A DNA stretch of 40,702 nucleotides, from the IMG/VR virus record IMGVR_UViG_3300032212_000052, positions 1-40,702 of that record; one strand, written 5' to 3'. Below, one piece after another: positions 25,081 through 35,669 of the stretch; position 1 is the stretch's first letter, and the number at the start of each line of letters is the position of its first letter. The notes below the pieces were generated by a model. That model was not told the origin of the DNA. It did no database searches and saw only the letters and a list, made by a program, of their open reading frames with translations. This DNA comes from a virus (lineage: Duplodnaviria; Caudoviricetes). The position numbers and the translations under genes were made by a program.

Positions 25081-26873
25081 AATTAACCTTTGAAGGCGGA
25101 ATAAATGAGAATGATGGCACTATGATAAATGAGTGCCAAGAGGGGTATAACTTCGATCTTGTTTATGGCGATACTAACCTTACGCCAAGAAAGTCTTTAG
25201 ATTTAAAAGGAACGTCCCCTAATGCCGGCGCTATTGCCGGAATACTTCAACTTATTAAGCGTGACGACACAGAAACAACCCTTGTTTTTGATGATGACGG
25301 CGCTGCACCTGAGGTATTTTTATGGGATGGGTCGGACTCATTCACTTCTAAACGCACAGCGAACCTAGCGGTGGGATCTAAATTAAGAGACGTTTACTGG
25401 TCTTTGGATGACCGCCTAGCGATTGTTGATATTTCAAAATCAACGCCATTAATGACGTGGGACGGGACGACTTTTGAGCGACATAAAACCGCGTTAGTCG
25501 ATGGTGCTGGTGTTTCTGTTACGGGCATTACGCAAACGGCTGGTGTAGCCACAGTAACTTATGGAGCGGTTCACGGAAGATCTATTGGTGATTTAGTGAC
25601 CTTTTATGGTGCAGGTCAAGCAGGATACAATATCGAAGCAGAAGTTTTAAGTGTGCCAACAACAACAACTTTAACGTATGCAGTAGATTCAGGCACAGCT
25701 TCACCCGCAACCGGCACAATCACAGCCGATGCAGGGGTAGACCTCTATGCAGCCTATGGTGTTATTCATAATAATCGGCAATGGTTATTTAATGTAAAAA
25801 CAGTTAATGGGGCAACAACTTCCGATACACCACACTTAATGGTTGCGTCTGCTTTTGAAAATATTGAATCTTACGATACCGCAGCTAGAGCAGAAGATAA
25901 CACCTTAACGGGAAATGAGGCATTTTACATCCTTTCACCAAACCTAAAGCCTGTTAATGGTGTTGCTCAGTTCAATAAGGAGTTAATTATATCAACTGTT
26001 GACGGGAGATTATTCAGGCTAATAGGGAATGATGCGACAAATTATCAATGGGTAGATTATTATGCTGGATCTGCCGCTATTGGCACAGAGACAATGGTCA
26101 ATTTTGGTAACGATGTTGCTTTCATGCGTAAAGGCGGGAGAATTGACACTTTACGACAAACTGATGCTTCTGGTGATGTAACTTTAGACGACATATCAAG
26201 ATGGATACCGAACCTGACAAGAAACCTAACAGATGCAATCGCGGTTTATGACTCAGACAAGCAAAGAGTGCTTTTCTTTGTTCAGAATAAAGTGCTTGTT
26301 TTGTATAAAGAATATTTATATGGTAGCGACACATCTCCTTGGTCTGTCTTTACGACAGAATTATCTTTTAGATTTAACACGTCCGCAGCAGTAAGGATAA
26401 GAAAGCCGGGGCTTGCTGGTTACTCTGTATATCTTGGTGGCACATCAGGAAAAATTTATGACCTAAGTGGAACAGGAGACGGAGACGAAGGAACGACAGG
26501 TATTCAGGTTAAACGGAAAAGCAACCTTATTGATACATTAAGGACAAAAGAAGCAATACTCAATGGGGAAATCCATTACCGCAGAGTTGGTGAGGTTGAT
26601 GTTACGATGTATTGCGATTGGTCGGAGGAATATAATATAACTTCATCTATTGTTAAACTCAAAGGCCGTGGTGCGGGAGACACAGCTTCATCTTATTTTG
26701 GTGGAGCTGCTTATTTTAGCGGCGATTTTTACTTTAACGCGGGATTTCAATTTCAAGGAAAACCCACAACTCAACGATTTTCACCATCAGGAAGGGGGCC
26801 AGCTTTTTTCTTTGAGGTAAACACTAATTCAGTTTACAGTTTTCAAATAGACTACATAACATTGGGCGCATAA
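25077..26873 (+). CDS. Tail nozzle / stabilization protein (P22 gp10 / T7 gp12-like)
   Basis: F.GG.N start; beta-rich, 598 aa; small inserted beta domain (HG.SIGD.V); position in module. Confidence 0.75.
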   Translation: MKLTFEGGINENDGTMINECQEGYNFDLVYGDTNLTPRKSLDLKGTSPNAGAIAGILQLIKRDDTETTLVFDDDGAAPEVFLWDGSDSFTSKRTANLAVGSKLRDVYWSLDDRLAIVDISKSTPLMTWDGTTFERHKTALVDGAGVSVTGITQTAGVATVTYGAVHGRSIGDLVTFYGAGQAGYNIEAEVLSVPTTTTLTYAVDSGTASPATGTITADAGVDLYAAYGVIHNNRQWLFNVKTVNGATTSDTPHLMVASAFENIESYDTAARAEDNTLTGNEAFYILSPNLKPVNGVAQFNKELIISTVDGRLFRLIGNDATNYQWVDYYAGSAAIGTETMVNFGNDVAFMRKGGRIDTLRQTDASGDVTLDDISRWIPNLTRNLTDAIAVYDSDKQRVLFFVQNKVLVLYKEYLYGSDTSPWSVFTTELSFRFNTSAAVRIRKPGLAGYSVYLGGTSGKIYDLSGTGDGDEGTTGIQVKRKSNLIDTLRTKEAILNGEIHYRRVGEVDVTMYCDWSEEYNITSSIVKLKGRGAGDTASSYFGGAAYFSGDFYFNAGFQFQGKPTTQRFSPSGRGPAFFFEVNTNSVYSFQIDYITLGA

Positions 26874-26874
26874 A

Positions 26875-27429
26875 ATGAAACCGAAAGAACGCAGAGACCG
26901 TTTATTTAAAGCGAGTCGGCCAAACATACGAAAAATGTCATTAATTGACGAAAAAGGGTACTCTAAAGATATGGGTGTTTTGTGGGGTGCTTACAAATTA
27001 GGCTCTTTTGGGATACAAGAAAACGTACCGCAAGATCTGTTTGCAGAGTATATAACAGAAGAAGTTGAGCAATATACAAAAAAATGGATTATTGAGGATA
27101 AAAATGCACAGTTTTCAGATAAATACGGGCCAGTTGGAATGATGTGTGCTGTTTATAATGGGTGGGAGCTTGAGCCACATTTTGAGGCATTTAAGTGGGC
27201 AACAAAAAGGAATATTTTAAGGTCTGTTGTTAGCTTTCTTCAAATGATGCGTTATGACAAAAGCGTGGGGATAGTTAATGTTTACTCCAGAAAAGACACG
27301 AATAATTTATTTAAGCATGTCGAAAAATACGGTGTATTGAAGTATGCAGCAAAAATACCAAATGGTGATATAATGGGTGATAGATACATATATTATACAA
27401 GAGGCCGTAAAGATGGCAAAAGTATTTAA
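26875..27429 (+). CDS. Putative GNAT-fold virion assembly protein
   Basis: Position equivalent to P22 gp14; E.H and LF.HV..YG.L.Y pattern. Confidence 0.45.
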   Translation: MKPKERRDRLFKASRPNIRKMSLIDEKGYSKDMGVLWGAYKLGSFGIQENVPQDLFAEYITEEVEQYTKKWIIEDKNAQFSDKYGPVGMMCAVYNGWELEPHFEAFKWATKRNILRSVVSFLQMMRYDKSVGIVNVYSRKDTNNLFKHVEKYGVLKYAAKIPNGDIMGDRYIYYTRGRKDGKSI

Positions 27430-28462
27430 TTCAGTAACTGATGCGTTCGGCTTAACTGACTCTAAAGCCCCTGCCCGCTATGCCGAACAAGGTAGGCGTA
27501 CGGCAAAATCAATAACAGATACGGGAGCTCTAGAAGCAAAAAGAATTGCTGCCGCTGTACCTGAGTACACTTTTGGTTACGGAGACAGTGTATTAAGTGA
27601 TGATGGTGCGATTATTGATCCAGAAATCATAAGGCTAAAAGAAGAAGGTCGCGGGTTTTCAGAAAACACCCTCAAAAACATACAGGATGCACGGAAAGAT
27701 GTTGTTGGCAACAGGAACGACTTTATATCAAGAAGAACGTCTGGGCTAAGAAGTGATATTACTAAGGGTGGGAAAGCCTTAGAATCAAGATTAAATAAAA
27801 CAGGTGTTACTGGTGAGTTTGCCACTCAGTCAAAAGAAAACTATGTTACAACCGCGGCGCAAAAGCTCGCCACAGGGCAGCTTTTAGCATCCAATGAGCT
27901 TTTTGGGCTTGAGGGCGATTTTGATAAGCTGGAAGGCGGAGCCGTAGCAGTCCTAAAAGGCTTAAATTCTAATGATTTTGCACAAAAAATGCAGGCTGCT
28001 GGAATGGGAGACGATCTAGTTAGAAGTCTAACCCAAATACAGCAAAGAAAGGCAGAAGAATATACGCGAAAATACTTGGCGGAAGCTGGAGAGGCTTCTG
28101 CTGAGTCCGGATCTAGGGCGCAAGAATCAGCACAAGAAAAAGCATCTACACAAAGTCTGATTGGAAATATCGCTCTTGGTGCAGCTATGTTTTTTTCTTC
28201 TCGCTCATTTAAACATTCAATGGAGCCGGTGGACAATCAAGAAATTTTAGATTCGATGATGGAACTTGATGTTGAATTATGGAAGTATAATGGTGAAGAT
28301 GAAACGCATATAGGGTGTTATGCAGAGGACTTTAACGAGCATTTTGGTGAAAAAGGCGCAAAAGAAATAAAGGTTGTTGATATAGTGGGTGTACTTATGG
28401 CATCAATACAAGCACAGCAAAAACAGATAGATCGTTTGACGGAGAAACTAAGTGATCCTTAA
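27413..28462 (+). CDS. Putative ejection protein with C-terminal peptidase S74 chaperone domain
   Basis: GAGG SD before ATG 27413; Ala/Gly-rich helices, then SSRSFK..W.Y..HIG..AEDF and a coiled coil. Confidence 0.7.
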   Translation: MAKVFNSVTDAFGLTDSKAPARYAEQGRRTAKSITDTGALEAKRIAAAVPEYTFGYGDSVLSDDGAIIDPEIIRLKEEGRGFSENTLKNIQDARKDVVGNRNDFISRRTSGLRSDITKGGKALESRLNKTGVTGEFATQSKENYVTTAAQKLATGQLLASNELFGLEGDFDKLEGGAVAVLKGLNSNDFAQKMQAAGMGDDLVRSLTQIQQRKAEEYTRKYLAEAGEASAESGSRAQESAQEKASTQSLIGNIALGAAMFFSSRSFKHSMEPVDNQEILDSMMELDVELWKYNGEDETHIGCYAEDFNEHFGEKGAKEIKVVDIVGVLMASIQAQQKQIDRLTEKLSDP

Positions 28463-29225
28463 CAAAATTTTATCAAGAAGCGGGGTAGCTCGTCGTGCTA
28501 GTGATATTGAACCAGCCAAGCCTATTACTGTAGACAGAGACCACTTTCAGTCTGTTTTTAATTCCGGCTCAATTAATAAACCGCTTATTAATAACTTACG
28601 GGGCTTACGCTCGGAATCGTCAAGCAGATTGGAAGAATTACGCGCCTCAAAAGAGGGTAGGTTAAAGTCTGCGCTGCAACCCGGCTTGCAAAAAATATCA
28701 GAAGAACAGGGGTTACGTGAGCGAGAGCTTGCAAAAACTCCGATGGGATCAAGGTCTAGTGCATTAAGAACGTCTCTACAAGCGGAGGCGGGACTAGCAA
28801 GGCAGTCGCTTACTATAGACGCGCTTGGAAGCATCCTTAGTCAAGAAAACGGTGCTCAAGAGCTTGAATTTATGTTTAACGATATGTTTAATGAATCTGG
28901 ATCTAAGGCGTTTGCCCAAGAGCTTATAGGTTTAGGTGTTGAGGTTAATAATTACTTATCAGAGCAAGGGTTAACATTAAGTATGGAAAGCCTAATTAGT
29001 GGCGCAGAAAGAAGTGCGACAGCATCACAAGGACAAGCAGATAGGTTTATTCGTGGCTTACAAAGCCAGTCTGCCGCAGCCGCTAAAGAAATGGCTGGAC
29101 GATTCATATCAGCAGCATCAATGGAGTTTGGCCGCTATCCAGCAAACACGCCATCGGCAGGATATGAAAGTGGCGCGGCGGCAGGTGATGCTTATATGCC
29201 GGCATTCCAACAGAGGTTTATTTAA
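28452..29225 (+). CDS. Putative internal virion/ejection protein
   Basis: Helical, Ala/Ser-rich; position in module. Confidence 0.55.
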   Translation: MILNKILSRSGVARRASDIEPAKPITVDRDHFQSVFNSGSINKPLINNLRGLRSESSSRLEELRASKEGRLKSALQPGLQKISEEQGLRERELAKTPMGSRSSALRTSLQAEAGLARQSLTIDALGSILSQENGAQELEFMFNDMFNESGSKAFAQELIGLGVEVNNYLSEQGLTLSMESLISGAERSATASQGQADRFIRGLQSQSAAAAKEMAGRFISAASMEFGRYPANTPSAGYESGAAAGDAYMPAFQQRFI

Positions 29226-30406
29226 TGGGACAAAAACTAGAAGGTTTTTTAAGGGTATTGGCTAGCGGTTTAAGCCCTCAGGCATTTCAGGCTAATGTTG
29301 GCTTATACAACCAAGAAAAAGCAAGGGAGTTCGCGTCTGCAAAAGAAGGGCGCGATATTGCGCGTGAAGACGCACAACAAGACTATGCTCAAACATTAAA
29401 ACAGATGGGTGTTTATGCCACAATAGCAAAAGAAAACCCAACAAACCCTAAGATTCAACATGAAATGGGGTTAAAGATCCGTGAAGCTGCCAAGGGTGAT
29501 ACAAGACTCCTTAATGCTGCAATGGGCTACATTCTTGAGGATAATAGCCCTCCTTCTGAATTAGAAAGTTTAGGTGGCGGCCCACCTTCGGAAGAAAAGT
29601 TAAGCACTGTTTTTGAGAGGGCAAGAAAAGACAAGATTAAAGGGAGCGCGTTTTCGGCTATTGATGAAAAAGGCAATCAAGTCATGGCAGTTGAAAATGA
29701 AAAAGGCCAGATTGTCGATGCCTCAACATTCGAACATAAACCTGAATGGACTAAAGCGCCGACCAAACAAGAGACGGGCGTACCGGGTTCATTTACAAAA
29801 AGCCAAGCTGGAAAAGTAAAATTAAAAGGTATTGAGGGTGAGCAAAGCGTAGCTAAAAATGTAATAGAGATAGACAATCTTATCAAAACAATGTCCTCAG
29901 AAGACTTTATCGGCGGTGTTGCCGGACAAGCAATACAAGGTCTTGATAGCGTTGTTTCTCAGGTGCAACAATTAACAGGAGGGCAAGACTTCCTTAGAGA
30001 AGATGGCTCAATTAATCGTGATGCGCTCGATTTAAGTAAAAAAACAATAAGCAGATTGGAGAAATCTTCAGGACAATACGGCTTAGCTTCTTCTCAGGTT
30101 TTACAGCTTGCCTATGTTATCGCTAGAGCAAACGACCCAAGCGGTAGATTATCAGATCGAGATGTAAAGGTTGCAGAAGATATGCTTGGTGATAGCGCGA
30201 ACCCAAGAGTAAGAGCGAAAGTGTTAGAAGATGTACAGAGAAGATTGATCAACAACTATAATATTGAGCAGAGAATAATTGCTAAATCAATCGGCGAAAA
30301 ATTCATACCCTTATCGCTTGACGGATTAAGAAAAGCACATAGTGAAAAAGTAAAGTCTGACAAAAACACAAGAAAAGAAAACCGAAGAAAGAGGTTTGAA
30401 TACTAA
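29225..30406 (+). CDS. Putative ejection protein (P22 gp20-like position)
   Basis: DPSGRLSDRD motif, common in podovirus DNA-transfer proteins. Confidence 0.6.
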   Translation: MGQKLEGFLRVLASGLSPQAFQANVGLYNQEKAREFASAKEGRDIAREDAQQDYAQTLKQMGVYATIAKENPTNPKIQHEMGLKIREAAKGDTRLLNAAMGYILEDNSPPSELESLGGGPPSEEKLSTVFERARKDKIKGSAFSAIDEKGNQVMAVENEKGQIVDASTFEHKPEWTKAPTKQETGVPGSFTKSQAGKVKLKGIEGEQSVAKNVIEIDNLIKTMSSEDFIGGVAGQAIQGLDSVVSQVQQLTGGQDFLREDGSINRDALDLSKKTISRLEKSSGQYGLASSQVLQLAYVIARANDPSGRLSDRDVKVAEDMLGDSANPRVRAKVLEDVQRRLINNYNIEQRIIAKSIGEKFIPLSLDGLRKAHSEKVKSDKNTRKENRRKRFEY

Positions 30407-33114
30407 TGAGTCAATCGGAAGACTTAAAAGACATGATGGCCGATACATTATCAAGAAATAATCGGACAAGATTAATGTCGCTTCCTGAAAACGAAAGACA
30501 GGCCATGATCGACCAGATGACAGAGGATATTGAAACAGCTTCTGATTTTGAAATAATGTCTTATTTGTCTGAGAATATAAAAGAAGTATCTTCTGATGTT
30601 GCTGCTCGCCTAAACCAAATAGACATAAATATAGAGCGCATGACCCCTGTTCTTGGAGAGGCGGGTATGGCAACCCACTCCATTCTGACAGAAAAGAAAA
30701 ACCTACAACGTAAAGCAGGCCTCCAAGAAGCAGGGGTGTCCCTTGATGACGATCTCCCCGCCGGGAGTCTTGAAATGGGGTTTGGCGTTAATCCTGTCAA
30801 GGCAATGAAAGAGGCGCTATCTGAGCATTTTAAAACAGATGTCTTTGTAACAGAAAAGGACGGTGAGTTGTTTTATTTTAATCCTAAAGATAGAAAAATG
30901 AGATTAGCAAACCCTAATATATTGGGTGCTGCGGGACATTCCTTGCCTGTTATTGGAGATATAACAGGTACAATCGCGGCAGGTTTAATGGGTAGACGTT
31001 TAAATGTTGGAAAACAAATAGGTGCGGAAGCAACCGGATCTTTTGTAGGAACAACGGCAGGTGAGCTAACAAGGCTTACTCTTGGTAGGATTATGGGTGT
31101 TCATGATCTTACTGGTAATGAAATGCTAATTAAAGCAGGTGCGACCGGTGCGGAGGCTGCGGCGTGGACAGGGGCTGCGGGCGGATTAGCTGCTACTGCT
31201 AAATGGATGAAAAACTGGCAGGAGGGCGGCATATTTACAAAGCAATCCGCAATTGACGCAGGCGCAGGCGCAGAAGAAGCCGAGATTGCAGTTAAAGAGT
31301 TCAATCGACTAGCAAATGGCGGGAAAGAATTTAAAGGGACAACTGGGAAAATGTCTCCGGACGTTAATATTCAAGCAGATGAAGCAGCCGTTAGAGAATT
31401 AAAAGAATACAAGCAAAAGTTTATTGATAGAGACCTAGAAAATCAATCCGCTATTTCTGAAAAATTAGATGTTGTAACAAAACCAAAACCAAAACAAGAA
31501 GGCGTGTCTGGAATTAAAGATGTAGCTAAGAAAGACGTTATGGAGAAAACAACAATAGCTGACAAGGAATTAGCAACCGTTGAAGAAAACTTTAATGCGT
31601 CTATGAAGGAATTAAGTTCAACATCAAGTAAGACCGTTGGCAGACCTACCAGAGAAACAATTGACGCTATGAAGGCGGCGGAAAACAAAGCCCAAGTAGA
31701 TACATGGACTAAAATGAAAGAGAAGCATGGCTTTAATGAAGAAACACAAACCTTTGGAATAGATATACCAAAGGGAGAAGGCGCAACAAGGCTAGAGAAG
31801 ATATTTACCCGTAGGGCAGAAACAGCAACAACGGTGAGCGCAAAAAGGGCAGCTTCTAAGATATTTGTTAGGGATAAAAAAGCAAGCAAGCTGCAAGACC
31901 TTAATGATTATAACGACCAATTAAGTAAAATAAGCAAAGATATTCGTGCGCTCGAATCTAACCCTTCCGCAGGACAAGCGGCTATCAGGGATCTAAATGA
32001 AACGAAAGCTGCCTTAAAAGCAGATAGAGCAGAGGCGCTTATATCAACAGGGAAAGAAGATCTACTAAAAGACATCACCGAAGCGGAGCTAAAAACAGCA
32101 AAATACTATGAGAAGTATTCAGAAGGTGTTATTGGTGAATTAACTAAGAAAGTGAACGGCGTGCCTAAATTAAAAGATTCTAAATTTATATCAAGAATAC
32201 TAGAAGGCACACCAGAAGAAGCGGACGAGCTTATTGAGATAGTTGGAAAGTCACCAAAACTAATGAACATGTGGAAAGAAGGCGTTGCTGACGTTTACAA
32301 ATCAAAAGTATTTACCGGGAAAAAGTTTAATCAAGAAGCCCACGATAGATTTCTACAGGAGAATAGGGAGATTATGTCTAAATTTATTCCTGATATACAA
32401 AATATCGGGAAGGCTGGTAATCTCGCCATTAAGCTAGAAAACCAAGTGGCAAAACATAAAGAGACTATTGCTAAAATAAATAAAGATTGGAGCGGAAAAC
32501 TACAATCAATGGACTCAAGAGATGTTGTCGACTTTATAACAACTAAAAAAGGCGGGTTCACTTCTTCTGGGGAAGAAATACAACACCAAGTATCTAAAAT
32601 TAAAGCTATTAAAAATGCATTAAAAGACTACCCTTCACAATGGAGAGAGATACAAGAAGAATACTCAACTAAAATCCGTAACTCTGTCCAAGATTTAAAA
32701 AACAAACAGGTAAATAATATTGCTTTAAATAAGACGCTCATTGAACAAAAAGAAGAACTCATTGAAATGATGGGTAAAAAGTATTATGACGACCTAGAAA
32801 AAGTGAATAAGGTTGCAGAAATAGCAGCCAAGAAACTCAAAAAAGAGCCGGATACAGAGGCTTCTGGGGTTATTAATGCCCTACTAAGGATGTCTATTGC
32901 GCCACCTTTATCAAGAGAAGGTCGTGGCCTCACTGCATTGAAAAAGTGGACAAAGAAGTCAACACACAAAATTATAGCTGATGCTTTCCTTGATGTTAAA
33001 ACAATTAGCGAGGTAGCAAAAAGATCTGTTCATAGTAGGCCAGCAAGAGAAATGCTTGAAATAGCTGTTTCAACCGGAATGATAGATATAGAGGAAGAAC
33101 AAGATGGGAACTAA
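30406..33114 (+). CDS. Large internal virion/ejection protein
   Basis: 902 aa, helical with Gly/Ala-rich membrane-like segment; last of the ejection cluster. Confidence 0.65.
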   Translation: MSQSEDLKDMMADTLSRNNRTRLMSLPENERQAMIDQMTEDIETASDFEIMSYLSENIKEVSSDVAARLNQIDINIERMTPVLGEAGMATHSILTEKKNLQRKAGLQEAGVSLDDDLPAGSLEMGFGVNPVKAMKEALSEHFKTDVFVTEKDGELFYFNPKDRKMRLANPNILGAAGHSLPVIGDITGTIAAGLMGRRLNVGKQIGAEATGSFVGTTAGELTRLTLGRIMGVHDLTGNEMLIKAGATGAEAAAWTGAAGGLAATAKWMKNWQEGGIFTKQSAIDAGAGAEEAEIAVKEFNRLANGGKEFKGTTGKMSPDVNIQADEAAVRELKEYKQKFIDRDLENQSAISEKLDVVTKPKPKQEGVSGIKDVAKKDVMEKTTIADKELATVEENFNASMKELSSTSSKTVGRPTRETIDAMKAAENKAQVDTWTKMKEKHGFNEETQTFGIDIPKGEGATRLEKIFTRRAETATTVSAKRAASKIFVRDKKASKLQDLNDYNDQLSKISKDIRALESNPSAGQAAIRDLNETKAALKADRAEALISTGKEDLLKDITEAELKTAKYYEKYSEGVIGELTKKVNGVPKLKDSKFISRILEGTPEEADELIEIVGKSPKLMNMWKEGVADVYKSKVFTGKKFNQEAHDRFLQENREIMSKFIPDIQNIGKAGNLAIKLENQVAKHKETIAKINKDWSGKLQSMDSRDVVDFITTKKGGFTSSGEEIQHQVSKIKAIKNALKDYPSQWREIQEEYSTKIRNSVQDLKNKQVNNIALNKTLIEQKEELIEMMGKKYYDDLEKVNKVAEIAAKKLKKEPDTEASGVINALLRMSIAPPLSREGRGLTALKKWTKKSTHKIIADAFLDVKTISEVAKRSVHSRPAREMLEIAVSTGMIDIEEEQDGN

Positions 33115-34303
33115 GTACACTACAGAAGCGATAAGCGGTTATAACGCAAGCCCTCCGCCTGATGATGCAACAGAGTCAGAAGCCAATAAAATTAAGTGGT
33201 CAACGATTAAAGAGAAGCTAGACGACCCTATTAAGACGCAGGTCGAAAACATAGACACAAAATTAGTTGCTATGGCTGATATTGGCCCTGATGCAAAAAT
33301 TGCCGCTTATACCACTGTTGCTGGAGACCACCAAAAAACCATTGAGATGACCGCTGATTTTGACGTTACTTTATTAGCGGTTGCGTCAGCTCCAGATGGG
33401 TACACTATTACCGTTAAAAACAGTAGTGGTGCAGCCATAGAGGTTAGCGCGACAGGAAGCGAGACCATAGATGGTTCGACGGGCGCTATTATGTTGGCTG
33501 ATGACGAGATAACGAAGGTTCAGTTAAATAATGACGGTACGGGCTATATTACCCTCCAGCAAACCGCTTCTGAAATTACTTCGGCCGCACAAGTGTATAA
33601 AGGCACAGCAGCCGGTACAGCTGATGTAATAACGGTATCTTTAACCCCAACATTAACTGCTTTGACCGATGGTACGGTTATATTTGTTCGCGCCTACCTT
33701 GCAAACGCAACGACCACGCCGACCCTTAATCCAGATGGCTTAGGCGGCAATACAATTGTTAAAAATGGCAATCAATTATTATCTGCTAGCGATATTCCTC
33801 GTGTTAATTATGAAATGGTATTAAGATACAGCTCCGCTAATACAGCATGGGAGTTAATGAATCCTGCACGTCGATCTTCTGCGGCACAAAGAACGAGAAC
33901 AACAACGCAAAATATCAGTAATGCCACTATAACGATAATAGATTATGAAACATTGGTTTATGATAATCTGTCTGAATTAGACAATACGGGACGTTTTACA
34001 GCGACGACGGCTGGAAAATATCACATTTCAGCCCAAGCAACACTTGGGTCGGTAGCATGGGATTTAGGGGAGTATGTAATCCTGTATATCTACAAAAACG
34101 GCTCAGAAGAAAAGCGTGGTGTATGGTGGTCATCACAAGCAGTATCAACCACAGCGCAACAAGTCGGCGTCAGTATAAGCGTCGATGTAGATCTGGATGC
34201 TAGCGATTATATAGACATAAGGATTCAACATAACCAAGGCGGCACGCCCGTGATAGTAGCAGATGGATCCTATAATTTCTTTTCTGTTCATAGTATAGAT
34301 TAA
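33104..34303 (+). CDS. Tail fibre with C-terminal C1q-like domain
   Basis: Thr/Ala-rich; FTATTAGKYHISAQ...LDASDYIDIRI. Confidence 0.75.
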   Translation: MGTKYTTEAISGYNASPPPDDATESEANKIKWSTIKEKLDDPIKTQVENIDTKLVAMADIGPDAKIAAYTTVAGDHQKTIEMTADFDVTLLAVASAPDGYTITVKNSSGAAIEVSATGSETIDGSTGAIMLADDEITKVQLNNDGTGYITLQQTASEITSAAQVYKGTAAGTADVITVSLTPTLTALTDGTVIFVRAYLANATTTPTLNPDGLGGNTIVKNGNQLLSASDIPRVNYEMVLRYSSANTAWELMNPARRSSAAQRTRTTTQNISNATITIIDYETLVYDNLSELDNTGRFTATTAGKYHISAQATLGSVAWDLGEYVILYIYKNGSEEKRGVWWSSQAVSTTAQQVGVSISVDVDLDASDYIDIRIQHNQGGTPVIVADGSYNFFSVHSID

Positions 34304-34315
34304 GAGGATTACAAA

Positions 34316-34762
34316 ATGAGAATTGCACAGATAGATAATGGTATTGTTACGGAAGTTTGTGAGATTAACAGACCTATATCAGACTTCCCCGAAGTTCGTT
34401 ATGTTGAGTGCGCTGAAACCGTTGCTGTTGGATTTGCTTATGATGGGGTGAATTTTACCCCTCACGCAACATACCAAGATGAGCTAGACGCAAAGGCGGT
34501 CAAGCAATCAAAAAAAGCTAGGGACGAAGCATTAAATAATCTTACTTACGATTTTGGCGATGGACGAATCATACAAACCAGACCTAAAGACGAGCTTAAT
34601 ATCCGTAACGCTATTGAGGTTATGATAGACAACAATATCCAATCAATAGGATGGGTAATGCTTGATAACAGCAAAAAAAGTATTACGGCACAAGAGCTAA
34701 CTACAGCTCTAAAGTCCGGACAACTTTCTGCTTTGTCGATATGGGAAAACTATAGCCCATGA
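34316..34762 (+). CDS. Tail fibre assembly protein (DUF4376-like)
   Basis: IQTR..D..N...W...DN...IT..EL pattern; follows the fibre gene. Confidence 0.7.
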   Translation: MRIAQIDNGIVTEVCEINRPISDFPEVRYVECAETVAVGFAYDGVNFTPHATYQDELDAKAVKQSKKARDEALNNLTYDFGDGRIIQTRPKDELNIRNAIEVMIDNNIQSIGWVMLDNSKKSITAQELTTALKSGQLSALSIWENYSP

Positions 34763-34852
34763 TATTTGTCAGCGCAGGACACAACAAAGATGCTCAAGGT
34801 GAAAGGTGGGTGTTATGCGATAGCGTCTACCCTTTTAGAGATAAACAAATAG
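34759..34852 (+). pseudogene. Relic of an Amidase_3 endolysin (ends retained, middle deleted)
   Basis: MIFVSAGHNKDAQG from an ATGA-coupled start, then in the +1 frame KGGCYAIASTLLEINK*. Confidence 0.6.
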
Positions 34853-34891
34853 TGATTACTGTCACAACAAAAAAAACTAAGGACTGATAAC

Positions 34892-35254
34892 ATGATCGAA
34901 AACACACTAGAGCAAGAAACGAGGTCGTGGCACTTGAGTAAGACAGTCTCATTAACATTTATAGCGGGTATTATTATTGCTTTGGTGCAGGGCACATGGA
35001 ACACAGCATTTATAATTAGGACGGTTGATACTACGCCGCCACTGCCTGAGCAAGTACAGCGCATAAGGTGGGAAGTTGAGCAAAATAAAGTGCTTATCGA
35101 CCAATTAGCCGCATTAAATAAAAAACAAGATGCACATAATGCAAGTGTTTATGCGTTAATGCGGGCTTTTACCACAGAGGTAAACAATGTAAAAGTTGAC
35201 ATAAAGGTAAACGAGACTAATATTAAAGCTATTAAAGAAAGCGGGCATAAATAA
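34892..35254 (+). CDS. Single-TM coiled-coil protein of the lysis module
   Basis: AAGGA SD; WHLSKTVSL, TM segment, coiled coil. Confidence 0.65.
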   Translation: MIENTLEQETRSWHLSKTVSLTFIAGIIIALVQGTWNTAFIIRTVDTTPPLPEQVQRIRWEVEQNKVLIDQLAALNKKQDAHNASVYALMRAFTTEVNNVKVDIKVNETNIKAIKESGHK

Positions 35255-35445
35255 TGACATATAAAGGTATAATCAAAGGTAGTAGAACAATAGATTTTAG
35301 CGTCCTTTTAGGGATTTTTGGTATGTTGGAGCAGAATTTACCGATGATAAAAGACCAAATAGGCGATAATTACGGGTTGGTCTTCATTGGTATTTCTGCG
35401 ATTACCATTATTTTACGCAAACTAACCACTAAACCGCTAAAATGA
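35254..35445 (+). CDS. Holin (putative)
   Basis: 63 aa, two hydrophobic segments, basic LRKLTTKPL tail. Confidence 0.7.
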   Translation: MTYKGIIKGSRTIDFSVLLGIFGMLEQNLPMIKDQIGDNYGLVFIGISAITIILRKLTTKPLK

Positions 35446-35669
35446 TCTTTATTAAAAAATACGCTCTAGCCGCATTAGGTATTCTTACAGCATTCTTTGG
35501 TTTTATGTGGCAAATGACAAGAGCAAAGCATGAAAAAGCCGTTAAAAACGGCATCAAAGAGGCTAGAAAGACAGAAAAGAAAGCCGTTGAGTCAATGATT
35601 GAAGGAATGGAGAAAGAGGATGAAATTATACAAGATACCACTTCTGTTGATCGCAATCACTTTAGCTAG
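35442..35669 (+). CDS. Inner-membrane spanin (Rz-like)
   Basis: N-terminal TM plus periplasmic helix; overlaps the lipoprotein gene. Confidence 0.7.
   Translation: MIFIKKYALAALGILTAFFGFMWQMTRAKHEKAVKNGIKEARKTEKKAVESMIEGMEKEDEIIQDTTSVDRNHFS

Noticed and set aside
18884-32969. Numerous minus-strand and nested ORFs inside structural genes
   Set aside because: Shadow frames of long, well-supported + strand genes; no SDs or family motifs.
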